A stretch of DNA of 64,000 bases from the human T2T-CHM13v2.0 reference genome, Homo sapiens (GCF_009914755.1 NC_060928.1); one strand, 5' to 3'; shown: positions 42,789-59,140, counted from the stretch's first letter. Translations and numbers: made by a program. Notes: generated from the sequence alone by a model not told the origin.

Positions 42789-43019
42789 GCAAGTTATATT
42801 ACATTTTAAAACTCTATTTAATGGTCAGGTCATCCATCCATAATGGGTAGAGTCATTGCTTAATTAATTTAAAACAATGTATTTAAAAGGTACCTTTGTT
42901 CCCTAGTGTCACATAACGTGAAATATCCAATTAAGGTAACTGTAATGTAAAGTAAGTGGCTAAAAAAGTGCTGAACGCCAAAGGCCAGAGATTCAACCTT
43001 TTGTGTGCATTAGAATTTC

Positions 43020-43165
43020 CCAATTGTTCAAATCCAGGTTGCTGGATCTACCCCAGAGTTTTTGATCCAGTAGGTTTGGGGTGGGACCAAGAATTTGCAT
43101 TTCTAACAAGCTCCCAGGTGGTGTTGAGGCTGAAGCTCGTGTGGGGACCACATTTTGAGAACTTC
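43020..43165. mobile_element. MER5A-like MITE
   Basis: ccccagagtttttgatccagtaggtttggggtgggaccaagaatttgcatttctaacaagctcccaggtg...ggaccacattttgagaac. Confidence 0.8.
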
Positions 43166-46100
43166 TCCCGTAGACTGAACTCATGGTCTAGGTTCTGTCA
43201 GCTGTGACCCCTGTGCTGCTGGAGGGAGTGGTCAGATGTCCTGACCTCTGTGCCCACAGTGAGGTCCAAGCTGAGTAGGTTTGACCAGCAGCTGTAATCA
43301 CAGAGTGAACAATGTAAACGACCAATGTTGGGTGGTCTGACATCTTTTAAAAAAAATCCACGTGGATGAGATCACAGGGTTAAGTGTGGGCAGCAGTCAG
43401 GGTAACTCCATGTGGTTACTGCCCATGCACTCTCTGCTGTTTTTCACCTCTTCTTCAGAGTGTGGTCAGGATGGTGGCCTTGCCCAGCACAGGAGGCCCT
43501 TTTCCTTCTGACCACCTGACCTGACCCACCTCTTAGCATCTGCAGGCACTCCCTGTCCCTTCGCTGGGCCCCGTGGGGAACTACTTGCAGTCATCAAATT
43601 CATCATGCTGCTTTCTTTTAATTCCCACACTTGCCAAGGTGGGACTGCCCCGCATCTCCTTCCCAGTCGTGTGTCAGAACTCAGCACTGGACCTTTCCCC
43701 TTTCCCCACTCCCACCCCTCCTCACCCCGACGAACGTCTCACTTGGGATCATCTCTTCTGAGGTTGGACCTGCACAGCCGCCCTCTGCACTCTCGCCACC
43801 TTATGGGCTGCCCTTGACCCCTTGGCACACAGACCTGGAAGTTGGCCTGCTCAGCTGTCTCCTTAGGGGTGGAGCTTGGTTTTCTTTCATCACTGTTCTG
43901 CGATGAATTGAATGCATGATTGGTCACAGGAAGGTAGGGGAGGGATAAACACCTTATGATATGTTTCTTATAAGGTTTTATATGTAGAAAGTTATATGAA
44001 AGTGTCAGATATCTATATATGAAGTATATGTGAAGTTTTATGATAGTTTTGCATAATTTAAGAATAAACTCTTTAAAGGAGCTGAGTCCCAATCCCTTGG
44101 GTCGAGAGTTGCGTGGCTCCCGGGGCCTGCTTGTTTCCTTCCACTCTGCGTGTTCGTTGCTGGCCCCTCATAGGCTGTCCCAGACCTCTTTGACTTCTCT
44201 CCTTTCTGCCCAGTCTTCCCTGAGACGCTCCAGGCTCCCTGGCCTCCTGCTTCTCGGAGCTTCTCTTGTGTTTGTTTTCTGTGCTCAGGGCGCCATGGTG
44301 CTATAGGCCACAGAGGAGGCGTCTGGGGTCCCTCGGGGCAGGTGCAGCAGGAGGAAGCCGTCTCCGAGGGCATGACCTTGGAACTGAGCATTGACAGAGG
44401 AGAGTCAGCCAGACAAAGAAAGGCCAAAACCCCACCCCTCTCCCACCCTATTTCTACGTGACCATGGGCCCTGGACACAGCAAGACGGTGACCCCGGGCC
44501 TCCTATTGTTGCGAGGAGCCCCTGGGAAAATGTTGGCATTTTCTTCATAGAACAGGTTTCTCTTCTCCAGTATTCTTCAGTAAATCAACTTTCTTTTTTA
44601 TCCCCAACCCCAGTCTGATTGCGAAGAAGTCTAAGCAACAGAAAGATTTTGCCAAATAGATTATCTTTTTTAGAACAAAATAGATCATGATATTAATAGG
44701 AATTCAGCACTTACTCTTGTCTAAGTACTGTTTTTAAGTGCTCTCAAGGATTTTTCATTTAATCCCCACAACAAAGCTGTGGGGGGTGGATGCTATTATT
44801 ATCGGTGATTTATGAATGAGGAAACTGACACAGAGGGGTGGTCGAGGAGCTTGCCCATTTCCTGGTAGTTAGTACCAGGGCTGGCATCATCAGTTGCCTG
44901 CTCCTTTTCCTCTTTGCTTTTGTGTCCATTACCCCAAGGCATTAGGATGAGCCAGCCAAGTTCTAGTCCTGGATTCACCACCTAATTAGCTCTGTGTCCC
45001 ATGTCTTGCCGTGGAGGGATAAAACCAATTCCTAGCTTATCCGTTGGTGGTGAAGATGAAATCAGTGGGGTACTTGTAAAGCACACTGCCCAGCACATAG
45101 TAAGTGCCCAGAAAATGTGACGTCGGACCTCTTTAAGCTTCAGTTTCCACATCTGGGAAGAGAGGGGGAGTTGAGCTAAGTCATTTTCCAGTGTCCCTTT
45201 CAGCTCCATGTTCCTGTGAGCACTGACAGTTTCCCCACAATACTGAAGAAAGAAGGAAAATAAGGGCGGGGTGGCGAAGGTCGCCACTGTGACGTGGCTG
45301 CTGGTGGGAAGTCCCTGGGGAGGCAAGGCCCAGCTTCCCAGACACAGCCCTCAGGTGCTCATCCTGGTGGCACTGACCAGGGGCCATGGTGGGCTTTTCC
45401 ACCCCACCATGTCTCATAAAATTACAAGAACCACAGTTGAAAATCAGTGTTACAGAAATGGTAATAGGATAGGGCAAACTGTTACAAAGATCAGCACTTA
45501 AGATTCTGGCTGAGGCGGAATATTTGTTTCTCTTTAGTTTTGTTGTCTTTAATCAAGAACTGAGAGCCCTGACTTTCAGCTCCTCAAAAAATACAGCTTC
45601 CTTCCCCTTGCAGATGCAAAAACAAACGCCACTTCTTTCCAAGCATAATTTTCTCCCATGCGTTATCTCCTGTCTACAGCTTTTTCTTGATCCTTCTCCA
45701 GCTCCTGTAGACCTCCCATTTAGAGCCACCAGCCGCCCATCACTGGGGCTGCGCAGAGCTCTTGGTGCTCTGTGCCCTGGGCTCGCCCACCCAGGCCTGT
45801 TCTCTGTGCCTCTTCCTGGTTCTCTTCCCTGGACTTCCCACTGCCGTGTGGTCTTCAGTGCTCCTCTGAGCTGTTGTCATGACCTCTAACCAGACTGAGT
45901 CAGGACTTTTTTCTTCCTCATCTCTAAGTCATCCTTACACAGCCTTGGAAGTTTACCCTAAATGGCTATTTTGGGAGGGAGTGGGGATAAAGATCTGCAG
46001 GCCTCTTGCTCCTGGTCCTTGTTTCTGCTTATCTTGGCTTCTGTTTTTAAGTGTGTGTGCACCTCTTTCCTCATCACACCCTTCCCCTCCGTATGGCTCC

Positions 46101-46818
46101 CATCTCAGGCAGAGTTAGGTGCTCTGTTCTGTGTCCATAGCTCTTTTTCGAGCCCTTCTTCTCACTGTTTGGTAGTGGCCTTTCATGTGTGTCTGATCCA
46201 CTAGGCTGTGCACTCCCTGCCTGCCAGGATATGGTTAAAGTGCTAAAGAATGTATATATGAGATCACTTTTGCTTAAAAAACCCCCAATCTTCTGGAATT
46301 CCCAATTTCTAACCAATTAATATGTGGATTGACTAGACCTTAAGCAACCAAGAGTCAGCCAGCCTTGTCTTCTATATTCAGGCGCATACTATCTGGTCGT
46401 TAGACAAAATGGGTCATTATCAGTGATGAGTTAATAATTACCTGCACATCTTGTTTATGCTGGTTCTTTACCTAAAGTGGCTCCCATCAATTAAACCTGT
46501 ATGGATTTTACCTGTTCTTCCAGAACCACCCCACTTTCCACAAAAACTGACAACAATGATGGTAAGAAGAATGGTAGTTGACATTTTATTAAATGTTTAC
46601 TGTGTGCAGGCTTGTTTTTTTCCACACATTTACCTACTTAATGCTCACAATAATCCTATGAACTAGTCAGTTTTATGCAGATTTCGCAGATTAGGAAACT
46701 AAGGTGGCAAGTGATCAGATAACCTGTTTGAGGTTGAGTAGCTAGATCATGGTAGAGCCAGGTTCAATCCCAGATACCTGGCTCCAGGGCCCATGCTCTT
46801 GACCTTATAAACGGCTGA

Positions 46819-47282
<464 letters not shown>

Positions 47283-49319
47283 ATGAATGTTGTCTTTAAA
47301 AAATTCTGTTTTCCTCTAGCTAGACTGTCATATAATGCAACTGTAGGAAATAATCAGGTTCTCTTTGGAGTATTTTCCATAAAAGATCCACAGAAGTCAT
47401 GGCAGGGTTGAGAGTGGACTTGGGCAAATGAATCTGTTCATTCATTGAATATTCCATGCATATCTGCTGTTTCCCAGGCATGGGATATGGCAGGGAACAC
47501 AGAAATCTCTGCCTCCTGGGCTCTGCTTTCTGTTGTAGTAGAGGTAAAGCTGCTCATACTTTGTAAACAATATGACAACATTAAGTCTACATGGTCATTT
47601 TACTTTGTTTTTTTCTAAGAAATTTTGAGCTGTTCGTAACAACAGACGCTGCAGATGTTAATCCCGTTGTTGTTAACTTTTCTCCAGAGATTTAATGTTC
47701 AATTTTCTCCTTTCCAGAATCGATTTATGTTGTTCAAACAGAGGTTTGAGAATAACTGGAATTTTTTTAACTTCTTTTTTTTTTTTCGCATGGAGTTCAG
47801 AATTTTCAAGAGGGATGAAGAGAGTTATAAAATGCTCTATGGTGGGTAACACACAGAAAAAGCCAGAAAATTGGAGAATAAGGATCTGTCTACTCGTTTC
47901 CTTCTAGAGCTCCTCTTTCTTACAGGGCACTTAACATGTGATTTAATGTCGTGTCTTTAAAAGGAGGAGAACTGCAGTTCAGAACTTAATGTCAGTGCTT
48001 TGTGAAAGTGCAAGAAAGAAGCCCTGTATTCTGCACTTGAGAGAGCCAGATACTGGGCAGATAGGAGGTGGTGTGCACGTTGCTTTTTGTCTTTCTCGAT
48101 CATGGCATTGATTCTGTTCATAACAATGATGCAATGTCATCCTCTTCCCCACACATTTGTGTGCAGATAGAAAGAATGCAACAGCACAGAGTTGTTGGGG
48201 AATAATTTGGCATCTAAAATATCGACATACCAGCATAGATCATATTTATGACTCTGTTGGGAGTGTCACAGCAATGATTTAATAGGAGGCAGTTGTCTCC
48301 AAGGCCTCCTGAATTATGACTGGTTTTAAAATTCTTAGAACCCATTGGAGGCTATTGTTTCTGAAAGGCTACATAATTTAAGTGCTCCACATCCGTCATT
48401 ATAGGAGATGTCAGAATAGTAAAATCTAATCCTGGACTAAGTTGTTATCGCAGCCCTTTGGTTTGGTGGCTTTGCCGACTTTATAAATATGCCTGTCAGT
48501 GCCTGTGGTCTCTACAGTTGGGCAGTCGGCGGTGAATATCATTTCTCACATTTTACACTGGGGGACTGGAACCCAGAAGGCATATGTTTTCCCAAGAGGC
48601 ACCAACACAGTTGGCCCATGAGGTAGAGCAGCCCCTCCTTCGGCTCAGCCTCCGCTGCACTGAGCCAAGCCAAGCTTCCTACACTGGCCTCTGTGCAGCT
48701 GTCTCTCAGCAAGAATGCAAGTCGGGGAGAGAAGCCGGATCCCTGGGATTGTTCTAGAGAGTAGAAACCTCAGAGTAGCCCTCCTTAGACCACCTAACGC
48801 ATTGCATCGCTGCATACATGTAAGGGACTCAATGCTGGTAGGATTGGCTTAGGAATGATGCAAGTGAAAACAGTGCCCCGGTTTATCATTAGAACAAGGT
48901 TCTTAGCTGACAGTTGCCTCAGACTTTGATTTTGTTCTCCTTGACCTGCCACTCCACTCGAGTCCACATCTCTCAAGACTGCACACGCCTGAAGGAGGAC
49001 TGATTACAAACCAAAGCCTTGTGCCCAGTCTGGATCTTTTTGCATTGTTGAGAAAGCAGCTTACTTTCTTTGGACTGATTCAGCAGGCCAAATTTAGAAC
49101 AAAGATTTTTAACTATCTCCCTTTATAAATTACTGAGCTATTTTGTAGCCAGGCTACTCTTAATATGAACAAAAAATATTATACAAATTTGTTGTTAATC
49201 GTAAACTATAAAAAAATCAGTAATTGTTACCACGTGAAATGAATTTGGATAAAAGAGATACGTTTTTGCCCCTTCCCAGGGTTTAGGAGAGACGAAATGG
49301 TGAGATTTTAGCTCTGAAT

Positions 49320-49510
49320 CAGAGGTTCTTATTAGAGGTGGTTTTGTTCCTCCTGACCCCTAGGGGATATTTAGCAATGCCTAGAGGCATTGATGGTGGG
49401 CAGATGCTACTATGCCCTCTGCTAAACATTCTACAGTGTATAAAACTGTTCCTCCTGACAAAGAATCATCCAGCCCCAAAATGTCAGTAGTGCTGAGGTT
49501 GAGAAACCCT
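49320..49510 (+). mobile_element. MER20 hAT MITE
   Basis: ggggatatttagcaatgcctagag...tgctaaacattctacagtg...acaaagaatcatccagccccaaaatgtcagtagtgctgaggttgagaaaccct. Confidence 0.82.
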
Positions 49511-50608
49511 CCTTTAAACTCTTGGGTTTATTTGCTGACCTTTACAGTGGATCAGCTTTTATTTAGTTCATGTAGAGGTGAAATTAATACTAGTGCTCAA
49601 ATATGTCTTTGTATTCTGGACTTGGCCTGGATCCCCCGACCAAATTTGGGACAAGCTCCTGCCATGTGTTGAGGACCTGAATTCAGGCAGCTAACAACAG
49701 TATTTGAACTGTGTTTTCAGTGGTGGGAGTGAAGGAGATGAGCCGACGTGCTAGCAAGCGCATAGGGTTGCATGAGGAAATAGAGAGTAAAGCTGCAGCG
49801 TGGAGCCCTGCTATTCAGAGTGTGCTTGGAGAAACAGCAGTGGAGGCATTACTGGGGAGCTTGATGGAAATGCTCCCCTCAGACTTGCTGAATCAAAATC
49901 TTTAATTTAGCAAGATCCCCAGTGAGGCTTGTGCATGTAGAAGTTAGAGAAGCACGGGGTAAACTCTTCTTTTTTTTACTTTGGAGGAAAATACACCTTT
50001 TTTCTTATTATGGCTCTGACCCTTACTAGCTGTGTGACCTTGGCCAAGTTATAAAACCTCACTGCACCTTATTTGTTTTAGCTGGAAAATGGAGATCATA
50101 ATATCACCTGTCCTATGAGATTGTTGTAAGAATCAAACAAGCTTATTTATGCCAAGAACCCATATGGTAAAAGCTCAACAAACTGTCACTAGTGATAATA
50201 AGAAAAAGATCACAAAAGTAGAAAACATTAGGGAGACAGCTTAGGTCTTAAATCTCACAGTTGTCGTCCCCAAACAATACTTGTATTTTTGCAGATCCAG
50301 TTTCTCTGAATACTAAAATAAAACCGGAGTTTCATAAACTTCTATAGACAGTGGTCCTTGTCAGTAGCCCAAGTGGCAGAGAGTACATGGATCTGGGGAC
50401 AAACAGCCTCTACTGTTAGGAATGTTCCATCCTCCTGGCCTGAGTTACACCTGCTCATTGTGATTCCGAATTTGAAAGGAACACAGTAGGAATTTTCAAG
50501 ACCCTGGGAAGAGGAAGGCTGTGGTAAACAGGAAGGATGAGATTAGAAGAAGGAGTTTAGGTGAGGTGAGCCCTTGTTTTACTAGTAGGGTTTAAGAATA
50601 TCCAAGTC

Positions 50609-50947
<339 letters not shown>

Positions 50948-51679
50948 CTAACCCTCAGCGGGGCTCCCTTCTGTTGCCTGGGTGGGTCCTGGGTTCTCTT
51001 GACGCACACGAGATTGTGAGAGTGTATGGAAACACTGCCCTCGCTATCAGGACAGCGCCTGCCATGCCAGCCAGAACACATCATAGGAATTGCAAAACTC
51101 TTTTGCAAACCAGTGAGAGATATGCTTCCAATGTGAGGTAAAGCAGAACTTTAATCACAGCTGCAGTGTTCCACAGAATTCCAAGAGCCAAGATGGTAAA
51201 AGAATAAAAAAAAAGAAAGGAAAGGGCTCAAATTAAAGACTTCAAGCTGCAGAATAAGATTAAATAAAAGGATTCAATTGAACTGCATCATATTCAGTAA
51301 TGACTAATCCTAAGTATACAGGGTTTGGGGGTGAAAGGATTTGTAAGTGTTTTGCAGGAAAATATTTTTTCCATCTTTCATTTTAATTAGAATAGATTTG
51401 CATTATTTTTTCTTAGTTTTTATTTTTAAAATATTTATTGCCACAAATTTAGAAAATACAGGGAAAACATAAATAACAGTACATGTAAACCAATATTTTG
51501 TCCCTTCTTTTGTTCAACAGCTATTTCTCAGGCACCTGCTGGGTGTCAGCAGCTGTGCTCAGTGTGGTGACCAAAACCCTTGTCAACAAGGCAGCAAGGT
51601 TCTAACCTGGTTAGGGCTTACAGTTGAGTAGCTGAAATTTTGATTTCTTTTCTGTGCCCCTAGTAAAGATATGATAGCA

Positions 51680-52680
51680 AACAATAAGAGCTATTTTTTT
51701 TATTGTGTTCTTACTCTGTGTTGGGCCCTGTTCTCAGTGGTTTATAGCCTATTAACTCAGTCTCTTTACCACCACTCTGAGGGGAGGCTCTGTCATACCC
51801 ACTTGACAGATCGGGAAGTGGAAGCATCAGGAGGTTAAGCAACTTGTTAAAGATCACAAAATCAATAATGACAGAGTTTTGATTAGAATCCCAGCAGCCT
51901 GTCTCCAGAACCTGCCCTATTAAGTGCAGTGCAACTGTACTGCCTTTCATAATATGTATCAAATTGAGATGATACTTTATAATTTCAATTCTTGCTTTTC
52001 TATTGAACAGTACACAGTAACATCCTCCTATAATGCATATAAACCCCCAAAAGATGTAGAATTTTAATTTATTCATTTGTCTGATAGGCTCATAATGAAA
52101 TAAGACTCTATAAAGCTGTGTAATTTAGATATAGGAAACATTTGGATTATAGTGGTATGTAGTGGGAACAAATGGTCTTCTGAATCAGGAAGACATGAGT
52201 TAGAGTATGCCGGTGTACCTCCTTACTCACTGTATGACCTTGGGCAAGTTTCTGAACTTTAGTTTCCTTTCCAGGCTAATATCTGCCTTCTGGACTTGTC
52301 ATCAGGATTAAATGAGTCTACCTATATAAAATGCCCAGCGCAGTGCCCAGCACGTGGTAGAAGGTCTGCTAGTGGTTACTGTTACTGCTGGCTATTAAAT
52401 ACATTTTAATCTTCCTTCAGAATACCTGGCCAGATAGCACAGTGGTTAAGAATGCACATGAAAGCCAGACTGTTGGGTTCCAGTCCTGGCTCGACTCCTT
52501 CCTAGCTATGTGACATTAGGCAACTTACATAAACTCCTTGTTCCTCAGTTTGCATTTCTTTAAAACTGCATAGTTATCATACCCATGTCTTAGAGTTTTG
52601 TGAGTGTAAATTATTGTATATAAAGCTCTGAGAACAGTTTGGTACACAGTAGGCACTGTATGAACATTTTCTGTAATTAT
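51680..52680. mobile_element. Cluster of MIR SINEs upstream of exon 52981
   Basis: MIR cores such as gaggttaagcaacttgttaaagatcaca, ctgtatgaccttgggcaagtttctgaac and ctagctatgtgacattaggcaacttacat...cctcagttt. Confidence 0.65.
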
Positions 52681-52980
52681 CAATAATATAATTATTAAAT
52701 AACATTTTCAGAAGGAGATAAAAATATTACACCTTAAAAAGCAGGTATCTTTAAATTCTTCCTCAGCTACTGAAGTTTTGCTTACTATTTGACATATCAT
52801 TTGTTTCACGTTTGTGGCTCAGACGTGGCTTATGCCAATGCATATTAACACAGGAATTTTAAATTTGGTGATATTATTATATTTTATCTGAATGAACAGA
52901 ATTTGCTGATTTGACACTGTGTTTGAATGTGCATTTTTTGTTGAAAAATGACAATTCTGGAATGCCGTCTCCCTTTCCAG

Positions 52981-53166
52981 ATTATTCAGAGCTGGGAGAG
53001 CTTCCCCCACGATCTCCTTTAGAACCAGTTTGTGAAGATGGGCCCTTTGGCCCCCCACCAGAGGAAAAGAAAAGGACATCTCGTGAGCTCCGAGAGCTGT
53101 GGCAAAAGGCTATTCTTCAACAGATACTGCTGCTTAGAATGGAGAAGGAAAATCAGAAGCTCCAAG
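52981..53166 (+). CDS. TBC1D1: TBC1D1 coding exon (phase 1-1; start of the helical region preceding the TBC domain)
   Basis: ctccctttccAG ends 52980, donor AAG|GTTGGT at 53167. 186 nt: (D)YSELGELPPRSPLEPVCEDGPFGPPPEEKKRTSRELRELWQKAILQQILLLRMEKENQKLQ. Confidence 0.97.
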
Positions 53167-55243
53167 GTTGGTTTGCCATCTTGATATTGAACAGGCCTGG
53201 TCTTATCTTGGCTCTGAAGTTAATCACATCAGACATAAGCATGCTGTCTTAAAAATACAGCAGCACGATAGTCTAATGTATACATCTATCTATATCTGTT
53301 TACTTTTTCAGAGTAATATTAACACTGTTTACTTTCTGGTGATCTAATGATAGTTTCACCAACAATATTCATTATTCCTCTATGGTCACTGTTAGTACAG
53401 TGTTTAGAACTTCTGAGATCCAAGCTTTAAATCTAAGCTCTAACACGCTGAAAGGTGCTTTTCATTTTGTTTTGTTTTCCCCTCTGTCTCTCTCTCTCTC
53501 TACTTTATCCTCAGCCATGGTCTGTGCCTGTGTGTTAGGTATGAACTTTTCTTGTGTAAGTCATTAACATACGTAACTTCACTCTGTGTGCTTTTTCAGT
53601 GATTTGCAAGTAATCTGAAAAAAAAGAATTAGCTGAGTTCTACCTGTACTGATATCAATAGTGTCAAAATATGACATGAACTTTGAAAGTTTAGATTTTG
53701 TTCATTTCCTGTTTCCATGCTGACACTGGAACCAATTAATGTTATCTTCAAAGTAGCTTAAGATGCAAAGTTTACATACTCTTTGGAAAGAGCATGAGTC
53801 TTAGGGTATCTAGAGAACTGCCCGGTGATAAAGTAGTGAAGATTTTGAGCAGGAAGTCTGCATAATCTCTTTCAAAGGGAAGATGTAGCAGATGGTTCAG
53901 TCACCCTGCCATTGCCCCAGAACAATTTTGGAATTACAGTACATTTCATTCAGCATCATTCTTGATTGCAAATTTTGATCTTTTAAAATGACCTTGATGC
54001 TTGTATAGAGCTAAAAAGTCATTAAGACACCAACTCTGAGGAATAAGCTCCTGAGAATGTGTTGCATCTGTGAGTTTCAGTTGCATAGCTAGTGTCATAG
54101 CGAGTGGATAGACGTTCTCTGTGCATGTCCCTACAATGCTTGTGAGTTATGACAACACTGTGTACGAGCAACATAGTTTCTGCAGTTGAAAAGTACGAAT
54201 TCATAGAATGTAAAGAGATAGTGTCTATATCTTTTGACTGAAAACAGAAAATGAGATATAAAGGAATAAGACCTTTCGACATGAAAGTAACCCCACAGTT
54301 GGAATAGGCTAGTAAGCTTTCCAACATGCAGTTTTGAAGCTGAGAAAGACGGGTCCTCTCATCAGGGTGCTGTGGAAGATGATAGCACACTGGGGGGCGT
54401 TTAGAGCAGGTGAGTGCTGTTTTCTTCCAACCCAGTTTTTCTGCCACTTTCTTATGTTTTTGTGAAGGTAATTTTAAAAGCAGATGTCTAAAAGATGTTT
54501 GGTAGTGATGGCATTACTGCATGTGTCATCAGTTAAATGACAGCTCGGGAGCACAGCAGTTATGTTCGTGTGTATCTTGGGATTTTTGTTGAAGAGGAAA
54601 AAGGCAGTTATGTTCATCATGTAGGTCAAACTTTAATGCCAATACTGGCCAATATTCTTGCAAATGACAGCCATGTAAAATCAGGGCATAGCTATAAAAT
54701 GGGAACGGTGCTCACAGCTGGCTTCTTTGTGGTGAGGACAGCTATAATTGGTGAGGCAAAACCAGTGTGCCACAAAAGCAGAATACATTCTGCTGTGCAA
54801 GCAATGACCAGACAGACTAGAATGAAAAGGCAAGAGTTTCCTAAGGTTACCTGGAACCCCTTGCCAGGTGTTGCATTAAGTTTACTGGCCCTTGCCAACA
54901 TTCTTCTAATGCTTCCTCATTTCATCTGGCTTCTTGGCAGTGTTCAGTTTTTGTGGTCTTTTATTTTTACTGTTTGACTTCATTTCTCTTCTTAGCTCTG
55001 TAAAGTTCCACATGTGTTTATCTTTGTGGTGAAAACACAATAAACTTGCTTAATATAATGTTGGAAGTATTAATCCATTGTATTAGTGTGTACAGGACCT
55101 GGATTGCTGATAAAAAAATAACTAGCAATAACAGCCTGATTGCTTAAAAATATTTAGTAAGTTTTGTCGGGGTGGATTGGGGCAGGGCAGAACTTTTACA
55201 TTAAATATAGATGCAAGATTTGATAAGAATCAGCCAGAGTGTA

Positions 55244-56151
<908 letters not shown>

Positions 56152-56576
56152 TACTATGTACTTAGAGAGATAGGCATTCTATCTTGAGTTCCTTTTTTTT
56201 CTCCCTTCTTGAAGGAAGGTTAAATTGCATCTGAGATGGCTCTTGAAATTGATCAGGGGTTCAAGCTGACTTGCATACTCTTTGGGAAAGAATTTAGAAG
56301 GATGTGTATGAGGAAGTTCTTATGGTTAAGCCTGTTTCCTGACTTGAATAGATGAATCAAATATTTTTTACTATTCTGGAAGCATCGCATTCTGGAAAGA
56401 ACCATACTATGTCATCTCAGTCTACCTCACTCCATTGTAGGCACTTGGAAGCTGAAGTTGTGATTTCTCCAAAATTAGATAGCTAATTTTCATTGGTGTT
56501 AGAACAAAAAGCGCTGCCTCTCTTTGAAGACACCAGTCCTCCACCGTCCTCCTCTGCAAGGCCGTTTTCCCCCCCC

Positions 56577-56897
<321 letters not shown>

Positions 56898-58947
56898 TAA
56901 ATGAAGATGTGAGCAGCCTAATGTAAGATCACAACATGTGATTCAATACAGCCGTGGCTTGGTGTTGACATGTTATTACCAGTTGAGCTAATCCATGTAA
57001 CTCAGCATTTTATGCTTTACTAAGATTAAAATGATGTGATAACATTAAATTTTGAATTACAGTTGATGTTTTTTATTTAAAAAACATTTTTCTTAGTTAA
57101 ATAATACATGATGGTTTAAAAATCAAATATTCAGTGCAATTCTTCTAAAATCTCTGCAAGTGTGGGGGTCATTTAATTGCTGAGCCTCCCAGCCTATTAG
57201 CTTTCCATTCTGAGCTTTCAAGAGATGGTGGCAGCTGGCAAGGCAGTTTTGTCTGGGAAAGCCATTGTTAACAGAGCAGAATTGGGGATGGAGCAGCCAT
57301 AGCCCACCCACCAGAGTAGGCACAAATCAGACCTGAACGTTATCACAAAGTCCAAGTTGGCTCAGACATTTGTGTTAAATCATAATAAATATTTTAGAGA
57401 ACTTGGTTGCAAATTTACATTTGATCTCAGTCAGTCCTCTTCCCCTATCTCTACAAGCTTACAAACCGCATGGGTGTGTGGGGGTCTTATTTAATATTGC
57501 GAACAGCTGGTTCCTGTATCTGAAGTTCTTGCCCTGGAGCCTGGGTGTTTGTTGTAGTTCTGCACCATCTGCCTTGGTTGATAAGGCATTTTGGAGGCCA
57601 CTGATTTTAGGCAGCAGTGTTGTTAGGATACGGAAACAGCAGGATGTTTGTGGATTGAGCCTTTTCAGCTGAATCTTCTGGCCAGTTCTTTCTGGCTGTG
57701 TGAAGTTGTGTCGACTACAGAGCAGGATGCTCATGTTGCCTGCTGGGCTCTGTTAGGGTGGCCAGACGTGCTTGTAGCAGCCTTACTGCCAGAGGAACGT
57801 ACGTTGGCATCCAGAGTCCAGTGCTGCCGCCAGTTGCAGTGCAGCAAGGCTAGCCCCAAACCTGATTTGCTGCAAGGATTAGCTCAACTCTAGTGACATT
57901 TATTGTGTTTTCTCATAGCCCAAATCACAGCCAAAAAAAAAAAAAAAAAAAATCTAGGGTTGACATTTTTAAAAATTTTTTTAAAAAACATTTTTCTTGG
58001 TTAAATAATACATGATGGTTTAAAAATCAAATATTCATTGCAGTTCTAAAATCTCTGCAAGTGTGGGGGTCATTTAATTGCTGAGCCTCCCAGCCTCTTA
58101 GCTAAAAAATCTAGGGTTGACATTTTTAAAAATGTATTCAACAGAGTACGAGGGAAAAGATTAAAGATGGTGGATGGAAAACCATAAAAGCTGAGAGGAA
58201 GGCAGCACTGGGCTTAGAGTCACTTGGCTTCCCTCTAGCTAGTAAATAACCAGCACCAAATCACCTGATCCTCCTGAACTTCAGTTTCTGTGGCCATGAA
58301 ATAAGAGGTTGGGTCCAGGAATCAATGTAAATTGTCAATTTAACATTTCCCTTTATTGATATTACTCCCCCCTGGGCTTGATAATTTAGTTATAATTCTT
58401 CATGCAGCTTTAGGTTGAGTAAGTTTGGTGGGAAACAGTAGCTCTCTTCATATATTTGAGAGATGTCATTTGAAAGGGGTAGATTTATTCAGTTTAACTC
58501 CAAGAAGCAGAAATGGGACCCATGGTAGAAGCTACCAAATGGAGGTTTGGCTCTAAATAAGAAAACGATCTTTGGAGTGCCTCTCCTAGTTTAGATGAAA
58601 AAAATTGCATCAAGTTGTAACCATGCTAGTCATTGGGAATTTTATTAACAACACGTAGCTCCTGTCCTGGGGAGGCTCATAGTTTGATAGGGGTAAGATG
58701 GAAAGAATTGGGCAGATGTGGATTATGTCTTAGCAGTAGAGCCAACAGAGTATGTTGGGGGTGAAGGGGTAAGAGAAATCACATACCTCCTAGGTTTTTA
58801 GCATTTTCCAAAATGAGGAAAATGGGTAGAGGCATGGACAGTGACTTATATTTAGACGCGTTAAGCCAGTTGTAACTGCTTGACGTCTCAGCGGGATAAC
58901 AAGTAGGCAGCCATGTTGTGTAATGGAAATTCCATAGCTGTAGCCTT

Positions 58948-58954
58948 TACTAAT
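58948..58954 (+). promoter_or_regulatory. Candidate branch point TACTAAT for exon 58979
   Basis: Near-perfect U2 branch consensus about 25 nt upstream of the acceptor AG, with no intervening AG. Confidence 0.7.
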
Positions 58955-58978
58955 GCGCTCTGGAATGGTCTATTCCAG

Positions 58979-59140
58979 CCTCTGAAAATGATTTGCTGAA
59001 CAAGCGCCTGAAGCTCGATTATGAAGAAATTACTCCCTGTCTTAAAGAAGTAACTACAGTGTGGGAAAAGATGCTTAGCACTCCAGGAAGATCAAAAATT
59101 AAGTTTGACATGGAAAAAATGCACTCGGCTGTTGGGCAAG
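58979..59140 (+). CDS. TBC1D1: TBC1D1 coding exon (phase 1-1; immediately N-terminal to the TBC Rab-GAP domain)
   Basis: tattccAG ends 58978, donor AAG|GTAAGC at 59141. 162 nt: (A)SENDLLNKRLKLDYEEITPCLKEVTTVWEKMLSTPGRSKIKFDMEKMHSAVGQ. Confidence 0.97.

Noticed and set aside
44038-44618. GC-richer patch with several ORFs
   Set aside because: Too few CpGs for an island and no protein similarity recognised. It could be regulatory, but the sequence alone does not support that.
48715-48825. ATG-initiated 35-codon stretch ending at a donor-like CAT|GTAAGG (possible alternative first exon)
   Set aside because: It ends in phase 0 while exon 52981 needs phase 1, so splicing hits a stop after 13 codons. 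No promoter evidence is visible.
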